From positions 2,816,001 to 2,880,000 of the forward strand of contig CAXXWQ010000004.1 of assembly GCA_963674945.2 (NCBI GenBank): 64,000 nt of DNA. Reading direction: 5' to 3'. The stretch is from an uncultured Desulfosarcina sp. Its GTDB lineage: Bacteria > Desulfobacterota > Desulfobacteria > Desulfobacterales > Desulfosarcinaceae. The first letter of the stretch is position 1. Every line of letters begins with the position of its first letter. The notes beneath the pieces were generated by a model. It was not told where the DNA came from. It made no database searches and worked only from the letters and a program-made list of their open reading frames with translations. Positions 50,697-61,037 of the stretch are shown here, in pieces. The translations under genes and the position numbers were made by a program.

Positions 50697-50812
50697 TATT
50701 GTCCCGGCACCGACGATTACTACCGGCGGTACGACGTGTACGTCCCCAAAGAAGAAGGACGGCTCGTTTTCACGTTGATCCTCTCCTTCGCCAAAGACCC
50801 GAAGATTCAAAT
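50697..50812 (-). pseudogene. Diverged duplicate fragment of the FAD oxidoreductase N-terminus
   Basis: NLRVFGEGEDQRENEPSFFFGDVHVVPPVVIVGAG versus NLRVFGEGEDPRENEPTFCYRDVHAAPPAVVVGAG at ~48905-49010. Confidence 0.8.
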
Positions 50813-50915
50813 GGACTTTTTATAAAAAGCGTTTCCCTCGTTTTCGCCTATCGGCAATATAAATATTAACGAGTTTCTTGCATGCGATTGTTTGGCCATA
50901 CGTGCCCTGGAAAAG

Positions 50916-50932
50916 CTTTTTACGAAGCCGTC
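50916..50932 (+). repeat. Isolated right terminal repeat of the palindromic element
   Basis: CTTTTTACGAAGCCGTC is identical to the right end of copy A. Confidence 0.7.
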
Positions 50933-50941
50933 AATAGGTAC

Positions 50942-52327
50942 TTACGCCGCAACGAGCTGGTAGCCGGCATTGGACCAGGCAAACACGCCGCCGGCAAGGG
51001 ACTTGACTTTTTCGTATCCCGCCTGACGCAGGAGGCTGGCTGCGATATTGGATCGATACCCGCTACCGCACTGCAGTATCAGTTCTTCGTCTTTTCCCGC
51101 TTCTGGAAACTTCCCGTCGAGGATATCCGAAAGGGGCAGGTGCTCGGCCCACTTGATCCGACTGGCGGTCCATTCGGCCGGTGTCCGCACGTCGATGATC
51201 CGAATGTTGCTGGTTTCCAGACGCGCGGAGAGCTGCTGGGGGGAAATCTGCTCCAACTGATCCACTGGCCTTCCGCTCATGAGCCAGGCCATGATCCCAC
51301 CGGAAAGATAACCGAAAATCAGGTCGTAGCCGATGCGGTGCAACTCGGTGACCATACGATCGTAATCCTTTCGGTCGTCCACCACCAGAAGAATCTCGGA
51401 GTCGGGATCCACCACCATCCCCACCCAATTGGCCAGTTGTTTTTCGAATCCGATGTTGATGCTGCCGGGAATGTGAAATCCACCAAAGGCCGCCGAATCG
51501 CGTGCATCGATGACAATGGCGCCATCGTTCATCATCTCTTCGAATTGCTTCGGGGTGAGACTCTTGTCCATGGGACATGCGTCCAGAGTGGCCGCGCCCT
51601 TTATATTGGTATCGATGATGTGAGAAAAGCTTTTCGGCCTTACCGGAAATGCCGACATGACCTCCTTCTTGAAAGCCTCGAAGGAGGGAAACCGCAGCAT
51701 TGGATTGGCCCGCCGCTCATAGCCTAAAGTGGAGCTTTTCTTGGCACTCATTCCTCGCCCGCAAAGAGATCCTTCTCCATGGGCCGGGAATACTTCCAGA
51801 TGATCCGGATAGTCGGCCAGTTTCACGTATAGACTGTTGTACAAATTCTTTACCTGTTCGTCGAGGATCTGTGCACCCGGAAGATCGGGACGACCGATGT
51901 CGCCGACGAAGAGAAGATCACCGGTGAGCAGCATCTGGGGCTCCTCCGATCGTACCTTGTCGGTTACCAGAAGAGAAATGGAATTGGGCGTGTGGCCGGG
52001 CGTATGCAGAACTTCGATGCGGGCGGCACCGAGTTCGAAAACGTCTCCCTCTGTTAGATCCTTGTGTTTGTACTCCACCTGCGCGCTTTCGTGAATATAA
52101 ATGTCCGCACCCGTTGCCAGCCGCAGTTCCTGGTCGCCGCTCACATGATCTGCGTGCACATGGGTGTTGATGATGTGGGTGATCTGCATGCCCTCCTCCC
52201 GGGCAATCTCCAGATAGTCATGAACATCGCGTTTCGGATCGATCACCGCCATGGCCTTGGCCCGGGGACAACCGATGGCGTATGAGAGGCACCCCAACCC
52301 CGAAACGGCGATTTGATTGAAATACAT
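50942..52327 (-). CDS. MBL-fold persulfide dioxygenase fused to rhodanese domains (CstB-like)
   Basis: THVHADHVSG, HTPGHT, TGDLLFVGDIGRPDL, PAHG.GSLCG; pseudo-rhodanese, then rhodanese with LQCGSGYRS. Confidence 0.9.
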   Translation of the reverse strand: MYFNQIAVSGLGCLSYAIGCPRAKAMAVIDPKRDVHDYLEIAREEGMQITHIINTHVHADHVSGDQELRLATGADIYIHESAQVEYKHKDLTEGDVFELGAARIEVLHTPGHTPNSISLLVTDKVRSEEPQMLLTGDLLFVGDIGRPDLPGAQILDEQVKNLYNSLYVKLADYPDHLEVFPAHGEGSLCGRGMSAKKSSTLGYERRANPMLRFPSFEAFKKEVMSAFPVRPKSFSHIIDTNIKGAATLDACPMDKSLTPKQFEEMMNDGAIVIDARDSAAFGGFHIPGSINIGFEKQLANWVGMVVDPDSEILLVVDDRKDYDRMVTELHRIGYDLIFGYLSGGIMAWLMSGRPVDQLEQISPQQLSARLETSNIRIIDVRTPAEWTASRIKWAEHLPLSDILDGKFPEAGKDEELILQCGSGYRSNIAASLLRQAGYEKVKSLAGGVFAWSNAGYQLVAA

Positions 52328-52523
52328 GTCCAGCTCCTTTCTGCAACCATTGTTTACATGACTCAAACTTACATCACCGATCGGCAATATTTGAAAACAT
52401 TGCCGGGGGAGATCATTATCCTACACAAGATGAGCATTGTTTTCCGATAGTGAAGAGCAACATATTGAAAAAATGTTACGGTTTTTACAAAAATTTGATG
52501 ATCTTGTAAAAAGTCGCTGTTCG

Positions 52524-52647
52524 GACGGATTCGTAAAAAGCCCGAGATCAAGGCTTGCGAATCCTGAGGAATGAGGCGTACTTATCGTACTCCGCAGTGA
52601 CGAAGGATGAAGCGTAACGCCCATATCGGACTTTTTACGAATCCGTC
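52524..52647 (+). repeat. Full palindromic repeat, copy B
   Basis: GACGGATTCGTAAAAAG / CTTTTTACGAATCCGTC. Confidence 0.85.
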
Positions 52648-52737
52648 AAATTTGATTGCCGGCCTCACCACTCTCACCAAGCCAGATTGCTTTTCACGGC
52701 AAGACCGGCAATTGCTCAAATTTGTCCTGAGATACGG

Positions 52738-53460
52738 TTAGTCGAATGCCATGCTCGTCTTCCACTCCTTCCAGACATTGCCCACCAGATCCGGTCCCGG
52801 TTTGAGGGTCTTCTTGCCGGGGCGCCATCCCGATGGCGTCGCCTCTGCGCCTTTGCTCTGGCGCACCAGCTGGAAGGCCTGGACCTGCCGCAGGGTCTCG
52901 TTTACATTGCGACCCACCGGTGGCGTCAACACCTCGTACCCCTGAATCACGCCATCCGGATCGATGATAAAACGGCCACGGTTCTCCACGCCGGCGGCTT
53001 CGTTGAAAACGCCGTACAATCGTCCCACCTTGCCGCCGGCATCGGACAACATGGGGAAAGGAACACCGCCTTCGACCATTTTGGAGAGTTCATGGTCATC
53101 CCACATCTTATGAACAAACATGCTGTCGATACTCATGGAGAGAATTTCGACACCCAGCTTCTGGAACTCGGGATATTTTTCGGCGACCGCCGAAATTTCA
53201 GTGGCTCATACAAAGGTGAAATCGCCGGGATAAAAGCAGAGCAAGGACCATTTTCCCAGATAGTCCGAAAGCTTGGCATTGATGAATTTTCCCTTTTGAT
53301 ATCCCGGAGCCACAAAATCCGGTGCTTTTTCTCCGACATGTATCATCTTCATCTCCTCCTTGATGGGTGCAATGATTGCCTCGTTGGTGGTTTCCGGTGC
53401 CTCTTCACCGACGGGTCCTCCGGTGGGCCGGGCACACCCGACCTCCATCTCTTCAGCCAT
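52738..53460 (-). CDS. prxU: Selenocysteine-containing peroxiredoxin (AhpC/Prx1 type)
   Basis: [12 protein letters not shown](53206-53208)-ATEISAV continues in frame into [11 protein letters not shown]...GRN; the TGA sits at the peroxidatic Cys of FTFVCPTE. Confidence 0.92.
53178..53195 (-). other. Putative bacterial SECIS hairpin of prxU
   Basis: UUUCGGC-GGUC-GCCGAAA; loop starts 17 nt after the UGA. Confidence 0.8.
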
Positions 53461-53847
53461 GGAATACTCCTTTCGTTGGTGGTTGCGAAAGCCTATTGTT
53501 TACATCGACGCAATCGAGGATATCTGTTGTCTGTGGAAATTCATTTTCCATAAAAATGGGGACGACACTATTTCGCTGCACTCGAACAAGGGTCACGCGT
53601 CAATGTGGGTTGGCTTCCATATGAAGGATATTATTGATTAATAATTAAGCAAAATCAGGCGACGTGTCAAATCGATATTTACATTCTCTTTGGGAAGGCC
53701 CGACAGGCATAGACCAAATCAATATGGAGGGTTCAGAATTGCGATAAAGACCGCTGGCACGAGCACAGACAATCCCGGCCAACCATCCTTCCCGAAACGA
53801 GAAGGACTGGCCTGACCGGGATATTGGAAAACCCATGGTGTGGCGAT

Positions 53848-55923
53848 TTAGTGTGCTTTATACCCCATGGGCAACTTCTTGAATCGTCCGCCGTAAATGA
53901 TGGGATCACCCTTGTACCCCAGGGCCTTGAAGTCGATGTAGTCCGTAGTACCCACAAGGTGGCTGACATCGCGGCCTTTGGAAGCCATATAGGAAAAGTC
54001 GGTTCCCTTGTGCGCAATGTTCTTGAAATTCACATTCCGATTATCCTGATGGCAGCGGTTGCAGGTCCGTTCACCCTTGAGACTCTGGTGGCACTGCACG
54101 CAGGAAAGCGCCATATCCGCAGGCATGACCTCATGCTCGACACCCCAGTACATGTTGGTGGTGATCCAATCAAACTGTCCCGAGTATTTCATCCCCATGG
54201 CCTGCATTCCGTCGGCAAAGGCTTTCTGCCAGTCGCGGTGCTTCCAGTAGGCCGTCTTGTCTTCTTTGTCGCGTGGAAATAGATGGGGCACCAGCAGATG
54301 GTCATATTTGGCGTCCACCGCCTGCACGCCCTTCATGATTTTGAAGGGGGATATCTTGGAATTGGGATCATTGATGGACCCCACCGGCTCGGTGATGTTG
54401 ATTTCCGCCAGACTCCGGTCCAACTGGTCGCCCAGCAGAATCCGTTTCATGAACCCGCCGTACCAGGTGTACACCGGCTTTGCCGATTCCTTCCAGATGA
54501 ACTCGCCCTTCTTCCAGTTGTAATCGTCCATGCCGTATTTGTCTTTTTTGGGCTTTCGGTTCTTATCACCGGCTTTTGACCAGTCCCAGAACACCTTGGT
54601 GGGTTTGCACTTGGCGTACACCGGGGCATGACAGGTGGTGCAGGCGATGTTGTCGCTGTGTTTGTTTAAGTGATGGTCCAGCAGATCGTCCCCATAGTGG
54701 GGTGTCGCCGAATGGCATCCCGTGCAGGACATGCTGCCTTCCACCACGGGGACCGACGAACTGCGTCCGGCGATCTTGTGGTTGCGCGTTCGGTGGCACT
54801 CGCTGCACGTAAAATCGTATCCACCCATGTGAACGTCGCAATTGCGCTCCGGTTCAAGCAGTTGGCGGGAGAGGTCGGCATGTTTGACGGCTTCTCCGCC
54901 GCCACCGTTGAAGTGACAGTCCCCGCAGGTCTTGCGGGAGGTGGGACCGACGCTCTTGGCCACGGCCACCAGATCCACGGATGGATCTGGCATGCCGGCG
55001 GCCGTGGGCGTTTTCTTGTAGGTGCCGGTGGTATCATGACACACCAAGCAGTCGATTTTGGTCATATCGCTAAAATCAAAGGAATCGTCTTTCCAACCAT
55101 AGCCTGCATGACAACTTGTGCAACGAGCCTCGTTGCTGGTGATGCTGATTCAGAAGTTGTTCGTGGCAATGGTCGCTTTACCGAGATTGACCGCCTTTCT
55201 ATGATCCAGGGTATACGGCGACGGTCCCTTCCAGAGCCAATGGGCCGATTTTAGCATGTCCTCTCCGGCCTGCTGATGACAGCGCAGGCATTCGGCCGTT
55301 ACCTGGGAGGGCTCTGGGCTTTTTGCCAGCTGAATCTTTTCCTTGTGATCGGGAACGTTTTTTCTATGGCAGCCGGCGCAGTCGATGGGCCCCTTGTTCA
55401 TTTCACGGTGGCAGCCCATGCACTGCTGGTGATAAGCGGCCTTGAGACCCAACCGTTCGGGATGATCCTTCTGGAAGGACTGTTGATGACAGGCCGAGCA
55501 TCGCACGGTTTCCGATGCTGCCTCGTCCAGGGGACGATAGTGGTGACAAAGGGCGCAGTCCTTGATCACCACGGCATGTTTGGTGTGCATGAAGCGCACC
55601 GGGCCGTAATGGTCTTCGGTCTTACGGATGACCGGGCTGTCCAGCAAAAAGTAGCTTTCCGATTGGTCTTTGACACCAAGGCCCTGGTCCCGAAGCCGCT
55701 GCTGTCGGCATAACCGGCATTCGTCGCGCACGGCTTCGACAAAGGGCACCACCTCGGCGGCCCGTTTTTTGGCCGCCTCCTGGTCCGGGGCAACCCATCG
55801 GGTCGCCTCTGCCGGCTGCGGCGCATCTTCAGGAGGCGCGGCGGCCCGTACCGGGACACTGAAACAAAGCCCGGCCAGAAAGATAATAGACAATCCTATT
55901 TGAACCGGTCCTCTTATGGTCAT
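53848..55923 (-). CDS. 13-heme cytochrome c: tetraheme c3-like domain fused to an octaheme tetrathionate reductase (Otr)-family domain; probable selenoprotein, 691 aa
   Basis: Signal peptide; HWLWKG..GK..NNF-TGA(55150-55152)-ISITSNEARCTSCHAGYGW in frame; 13 CXXCH motifs across the joined ORF. Confidence 0.88.
55120..55136 (-). other. Putative SECIS hairpin of the multiheme cytochrome
   Basis: GCAACGA-GGC-UCGUUGC; stem starts 13 nt after the UGA and the loop contains G. Confidence 0.75.
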
Positions 55924-57125
55924 GCACGCACCTCCTGCTGTGTTTTGTGTAACACGGGTAAATGGGTGACGAGAAATCGATAGATGAACATCAGTGCGGC
56001 GATCAGCCCCACGGTGACCAGAATCTCACCGACGGCAGGAAAGTAGTTGGCCTCGCTGATCGGCGGACGATACCCGACGACGAACACATTGAGGCGGTTG
56101 ATCAGAACACCGACGACGATCATCGTACAGGCGATGAAAAGCCAGCGGCGGGAACTGCGCACCTTTGGTGACAGCAGCATCAACCAGGGAACGATTACGC
56201 CAAAAATCAGTTCGACGAGAAACGCATTGGTCTGGGCGGTAAAATCAAACAGATAGACGTACGTGCCGCGAACCACCATATCACCCACCTTGAGAGCCAG
56301 GTAGAGCCCCAACAGAAAAATGGTGATGCGCGTCAAGGGGGTCAGTATTTTCATCTCCGAATCAAGCTTCAGCGAGGAGGTGGCCAGGGTCGCCTCGAAC
56401 ACCACCATGGGATACCCGACGGCAATGGCCGAGGTGAGAAACAGGAGCGGCAGGATAGGCGTGTACCACAACGGGTGCAGTTTGGTCGGCGCGATGAGCA
56501 TCAGCGAGCCCAGGCTGGATTGGTGCATGCAGGAGAGTACCACGCCGGCAATGATAAAAAACCACATGATCTTGGGAAGGATCGTATCGGCCAGTCGAAG
56601 CAGGCCGTCCACAGGCACATTCAGCGCTACCAGCGGCCCGGGCAGGTTGACCCGGCCCTTGAACCGCTCTACCACAATTGGCAAAAACTCGATGTACAGC
56701 ACAGTAAGGTAGAACATGACGCACATGGCCACCTCGAACAGCACCGACGTTGGATTCCAGTAAAACATGGGCTTCCATATGGCCCAGCTGCGGCCGATAT
56801 CCACGATGAGCCCCAGAACCACGAAGGTGTACCCCAGCACGGCGGTGAGAAGCGCCGGCCGGACAATGGCCTCGTAATAGTGACGGCCGATGATATGGGC
56901 CAGAAAAGCGGTGGTGAAACCGCCGGCGGCCAGGGCCACACCGGAGGCTACATCCACCCCGATCCACAGCCCCCAGGGCCTCGCGGTGGAAAGGTTGGAA
57001 ACGTAGCCGATGCCGCCGATGAAACGGGCAAGGATCGCCATCGCACCGGCGGCCACAAGCACGACCAGAACGACGACGCCGGGGGTCCAGAATTTCGCCT
57101 TCACAGGCGCTGCCTGATGGCTCAT
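55920..57125 (-). CDS. NrfD/HybB/HmcC-family integral membrane subunit
   Basis: [42 protein letters not shown]. Confidence 0.9.
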   Translation of the reverse strand: MSHQAAPVKAKFWTPGVVVLVVLVAAGAMAILARFIGGIGYVSNLSTARPWGLWIGVDVASGVALAAGGFTTAFLAHIIGRHYYEAIVRPALLTAVLGYTFVVLGLIVDIGRSWAIWKPMFYWNPTSVLFEVAMCVMFYLTVLYIEFLPIVVERFKGRVNLPGPLVALNVPVDGLLRLADTILPKIMWFFIIAGVVLSCMHQSSLGSLMLIAPTKLHPLWYTPILPLLFLTSAIAVGYPMVVFEATLATSSLKLDSEMKILTPLTRITIFLLGLYLALKVGDMVVRGTYVYLFDFTAQTNAFLVELIFGVIVPWLMLLSPKVRSSRRWLFIACTMIVVGVLINRLNVFVVGYRPPISEANYFPAVGEILVTVGLIAALMFIYRFLVTHLPVLHKTQQEVRA

Positions 57126-58045
57126 CGGTCACCTCCTTCCTCATGGTTGCCGGTGCGGTCCCCTTTGTCTTTGGAAGCCCACATTACCCCGCCGAGCATA
57201 CCGAAGAGCACGATGGGCGACCACATGTAACTGAACAGGCTGTGCTGAATGGTTTCCGCCAGCCGGGGCATGGGCGTTTCCGGCAAGGAGTTGAAGCCCA
57301 GCTTCTCGAAAGGAACGCCCGAAATATACATCCAGCTGGTGCCGCCGACCTCTTTTTCACCATAGACATGGTCGATATAGCGGCCTGGATTTTTTCGTAT
57401 GCGACGATGGGCCTCGGCCAGGATATCGCTGCGCCGGCCAAAGGTGATGGCTTCCACCGGGCAGATCTCTGCACATCCGGGAAGCTTGTTTTCCGACTGC
57501 ACCCGCTCATAGCAAAAGGTGCACTTCATCACCCGCGGGGTAATGGGGTCGTGATACTCGTATGCAGGGATCTCGAACGGACACGCCACCATGCAGTACC
57601 GGCAGCCGATGCATTTGGTCACATCGTAGTGCACCGCTCCGTTTTCCTTTTTGGACAAGGCTCCGACGATGCAGGCCGAGGCACATGCCGGGTCCTGACA
57701 ATGCATGCACTGCAGTTTGACGAAGGTGGGCACCAGTTGGTCGCGTTCGTCGATTACCCCTGAAATGTAGCGATTGACAACGGTGTAGGATCGCTCGTCC
57801 GGGCGGCGTTTGCGATCCAGTACGGTGTAATCTTCGAAACTGCGATCCGGTGCCGGCAGGCCGTTGACCCGGTTGCAGGCCTGTTCGCATTTACGGCAAC
57901 CGATACAGCGGGTCAGATCCACCAGGCATCCCACGGGATCGGACGGTGCTCTGGATTGCCAGGCACGTGCGGATCGACCGGATCCCGCCACGGCAGCACC
58001 GGCAACGGTCAGTGTTTTGAAAAAATCACGTCTGTTCAGCCCCAT
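57122..58045 (-). CDS. Tat-exported 4x[4Fe-4S] protein (HybA/HmcB-like)
   Basis: NRRDFFK Tat motif; [37 protein letters not shown]-terminal TM. Confidence 0.92.
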   Translation of the reverse strand: MGLNRRDFFKTLTVAGAAVAGSGRSARAWQSRAPSDPVGCLVDLTRCIGCRKCEQACNRVNGLPAPDRSFEDYTVLDRKRRPDERSYTVVNRYISGVIDERDQLVPTFVKLQCMHCQDPACASACIVGALSKKENGAVHYDVTKCIGCRYCMVACPFEIPAYEYHDPITPRVMKCTFCYERVQSENKLPGCAEICPVEAITFGRRSDILAEAHRRIRKNPGRYIDHVYGEKEVGGTSWMYISGVPFEKLGFNSLPETPMPRLAETIQHSLFSYMWSPIVLFGMLGGVMWASKDKGDRTGNHEEGGDR

Positions 58046-58128
58046 AAGGCCCTCCTAAAGAAAAGTAAACAGCTTGTCGGCAATCAGCCTTCATCCGGAA
58101 CGCAACATTGTCGTTTATTGTCTTCTTG

Positions 58129-58425
58129 TTATAAAATACGTTTTTCCATTTTGACCTCAATGCGACACTTCTCGTCCGACGTTGAGGTCGTGAATTTCAT
58201 ATCCGGCCGATGTCGCAGTAACCGGAGCAGATTTGCCATCACATCCGCATCTTTCAAAAAAGCGATCATATGATCGCCGGGCTTCATTTCGGAAACGGCT
58301 TGGTTGAATTTGAGGATATTCATCGGCCACGGCATATCCTCGAGGTTGATGCGACGACGCCGTTCCACGGTACCCTTTGCCTCCCATTGGTTGGTTTCCG
58401 CCCGACGCTGATTGTAAACAGGCAC
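58129..58425 (-). CDS. TusA-fold-like protein lacking the CPxP cysteine
   Basis: INLEDMPWPMNILKF...MKPGDHM pattern; first gene after the sigma-54 site; start uncertain. Confidence 0.55.
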   Translation of the reverse strand: MPVYNQRRAETNQWEAKGTVERRRRINLEDMPWPMNILKFNQAVSEMKPGDHMIAFLKDADVMANLLRLLRHRPDMKFTTSTSDEKCRIEVKMEKRIL

Positions 58426-58460
58426 CTACGGCACGGACCTGTTTTCCCAAACCTCTTGTG

Positions 58461-58476
58461 AACAAAAAACATGCCA
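58461..58476 (-). promoter_or_regulatory. Sigma-54-like promoter of the hybA/hybB/cytochrome operon
   Basis: TGGCATGTTTTTTGTT (GG-N10-GT variant), divergent from an activator gene. Confidence 0.65.
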
Positions 58477-58652
58477 TGGACCGCAAAATTTATAACAACC
58501 CAAAAATATTTGAATTTTATTAATCATTGAATTTTTCCTTTTGCTTTGGCAAAAAAAATGTTTAAACAACGATTCAACACGTGTAAAAGGATTGACAGCT
58601 GTTTAAACAGTGTTGACATGCCCACAACACACACCGGTTGCCGGAAAAGGTT

Positions 58653-60068
58653 ATGCAAATCAAAGATATCAATCGACATTGGGAGCGAGTGATCAACACC
58701 ATGAGCGAGGCCCTGCTGATCATCAGCAAGGACGGCCGCATCCTGTCGGTCAACCACTCCTTCGAGGAGATGACCGGCTTCTCAGCCGAAGAGGTGTCCG
58801 GCCGGCCGTGCACACTCCTGGAATGCCAGGCCTGTGAAATGGCCATCAATAATCATGGCGAGGGATGGTGCAAGCTGTTCGAGCCGGAACAGCCGGAAAT
58901 GCGGCGCTGCCGATGTACCATCAAAAAAAAGGATGGAACATTTTTCCCTGCCCTGAAAAACGCATCGGTGCTTCGGGATGATGATGGAGCCGTCCTGGGT
59001 GCCGTGGAAACACTGACCGATCTAAGCGAAGTCGACCGCCTCGACCGAAAAGTGGAGATTCTATCCCGCCAACTGGATGAAAACAGCGGTTTCGGCGGCC
59101 TCGTGGGCGGCAGCGACGCCATGAAGGCGGTGTATGCCATCATCGAAAAGGCCGCTTACAGTGACGCCCCCATTATCATTTTTGGTGAGAGCGGCACGGG
59201 AAAGGAATTGGTGGCCCGGGCCATCCACGAACGCGGCAAACGGCAATTCGGCCCGTACGTACAGCTCAACTGTGCCGCGCTAAACGAATCTTTGCTGGAA
59301 AGCGAATTGTTCGGCCACGTGAAAGGATCGTTTACCGGAGCCTTCAAAGACCGGATCGGACGGTTTGAAGCCGCCCATGGGGGAGACCTGTTTCTGGATG
59401 AAATCGGAGACATTCCCCTTTCCATCCAGATCAAGCTGCTTCGGGTCTTGGAGACCCGTCAGTTCGAACGGGTGGGGGAAAACACCCCCGTATCGGTGGA
59501 CGTACGCATCATCACCGCCACCAACCGCAATCTGTTGGAACTCATCGAAAAAAAAAGCTTCCGGGAGGACCTCTATTTTCGCATCAACGTGATTCCCATT
59601 CATCTGCCACCGGTTCGCGAACGCAGGGAAGACATCCCCTTGTTGGCCAACACATTTATCGACCGCCTGGAACTGCGCACCGGTAAATCGATCCGCGGGT
59701 TGACCCGCCAGGCGCTGAATCGCTTCATGGAGTATCGCTGGCCGGGGAATGTGCGGGAGATGAAAAGTGCCCTGGAATACGCCTTTACCGTGGCGGACAA
59801 AGACACCATCGATATCGATCACCTTCCCCCACACATGCTTCAGGCGGACAAGCCAGCGGTCATGGCCGTTGACCGACCAATCCTTGCTGAAACCGACAAG
59901 AGTGAACGCCGGCAACTCATCGAAGCCCTTCAGGCAACTGGCGGCAACCAGAGCAAAGCAGCTCGTCTATTGGGTATCAACCGTGTGACGGTTTGGAATC
60001 GAATGCGAAAATATGGAATCAACCTGAAGCGTGAAATTGAAGGGAAGGGAACCATACCAGAGATTTAA
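58653..60068 (+). CDS. Sigma-54 enhancer-binding protein with Cys-rich PAS domain (paralog of 46092-47471)
   Basis: GESGTGKE, ESELFGH, GSFTGA, FLDEIG, WPGNVRE, HTH; PAS CTLLECQAC...WC. Confidence 0.93.
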   Translation: MQIKDINRHWERVINTMSEALLIISKDGRILSVNHSFEEMTGFSAEEVSGRPCTLLECQACEMAINNHGEGWCKLFEPEQPEMRRCRCTIKKKDGTFFPALKNASVLRDDDGAVLGAVETLTDLSEVDRLDRKVEILSRQLDENSGFGGLVGGSDAMKAVYAIIEKAAYSDAPIIIFGESGTGKELVARAIHERGKRQFGPYVQLNCAALNESLLESELFGHVKGSFTGAFKDRIGRFEAAHGGDLFLDEIGDIPLSIQIKLLRVLETRQFERVGENTPVSVDVRIITATNRNLLELIEKKSFREDLYFRINVIPIHLPPVRERREDIPLLANTFIDRLELRTGKSIRGLTRQALNRFMEYRWPGNVREMKSALEYAFTVADKDTIDIDHLPPHMLQADKPAVMAVDRPILAETDKSERRQLIEALQATGGNQSKAARLLGINRVTVWNRMRKYGINLKREIEGKGTIPEI

Positions 60069-60071
60069 TTT

Positions 60072-61001
60072 TCAACGGACGCGGTAAAACACCTCATGGT
60101 TTTTCCAGTCGGCAAAAACCAAATCCTGGTTCATCAGCTGGCCGAGGATCTTTGAAACCTCGTTGATATGCAGGCCGAAGGCGTCCTGAATCTGTCGATT
60201 GGAACAGGGCCTGCGTTTCAACATTGCCAGGACGGTCTCCTGCGTTGCATTTCGGCGCTTGCCGCCTTGTACGACGGTATCGGCGATGATTTGCGCAGGC
60301 GGATCGAAAAACGGGGCCAATGCCTCCATCTGCGATACCGGAACGGCCGCTGCAAAATCTTCGGCCGGTGGTCTTGCAGTGGTGTTGAAATGGATTCGCT
60401 CCGGTTCCAGCTGGCGGGCAAGGCGGGCGATTTTCTTTGCCTGCTCCACCCCGGCATTGATGCCCAGCAGCAAGAAGACCTCCACCCACAATTGGCCGTC
60501 AAAACGTCTTCGAAACTGTTTCAATCCGTCGAAAACCACATCGAAAGTCAATTGTCGGCAAGGACGGTTGACCCACTCGAATGACTTTTGATCCCAGGCA
60601 CTGAGCGACACCTTGACGACACGGGCCAAGGCCGCGGATTCTTGCACCGCGGGCTGGTGAAGCAGGGTTCCATTGGTAAGAAGTACCGAAGGAATTTTTT
60701 GATGGCGCAAAAATTTCAGCACTTCACCAAATTCCGAATGCAGGGTGGGCTCACCGGAGCCGGAAAGGGTCAGATAATCGGCATTGCCATCTGTTTTTAG
60801 CCAGTGATCGACTTCCGCGATCACGATTTCCGTGGGGATATATGGCTTTCGTTCCAGCGTCTTTTTTCGGGTTCGACCCAGTTGGCAAAAGACACAATCC
60901 AGGGTGCAGGTCTTCAACGGTGTAAGATCGATTCCCAGCGAACGCCCGAATCGCCGGGATGGTACCGGGCCGAAGAGATGCTTGTAGTCGGAACGATCCA
61001 T
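60072..61001 (-). CDS. Radical SAM protein
   Basis: FGPVPSRRFGRSLGIDL, CTLDCVFC, SGSGEPTL; start at MDRSDY. Confidence 0.9.
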   Translation of the reverse strand: MDRSDYKHLFGPVPSRRFGRSLGIDLTPLKTCTLDCVFCQLGRTRKKTLERKPYIPTEIVIAEVDHWLKTDGNADYLTLSGSGEPTLHSEFGEVLKFLRHQKIPSVLLTNGTLLHQPAVQESAALARVVKVSLSAWDQKSFEWVNRPCRQLTFDVVFDGLKQFRRRFDGQLWVEVFLLLGINAGVEQAKKIARLARQLEPERIHFNTTARPPAEDFAAAVPVSQMEALAPFFDPPAQIIADTVVQGGKRRNATQETVLAMLKRRPCSNRQIQDAFGLHINEVSKILGQLMNQDLVFADWKNHEVFYRVR

Positions 61002-61037
61002 AGTAACCTTGATGAACGTGTAAAAAGTCGGGTTTCG

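Noticed and set aside
53626..53646. PerR/Fur-like box upstream of prxU (attattgattaataat)
   Set aside because: Only an imperfect AT-rich palindrome; cannot be distinguished from chance without a motif model
53848..55923. Treating the cytochrome as two genes or a pseudogene, as the ORF track implies
   Set aside because: The frame is continuous, the TGA replaces the family's conserved Cys, and a SECIS-like hairpin follows
55920..58045. [NiFe] hydrogenase-2 operon
   Set aside because: HybA/HybB-like subunits are present but no hydrogenase large or small subunit; the cytochrome occupies the catalytic position
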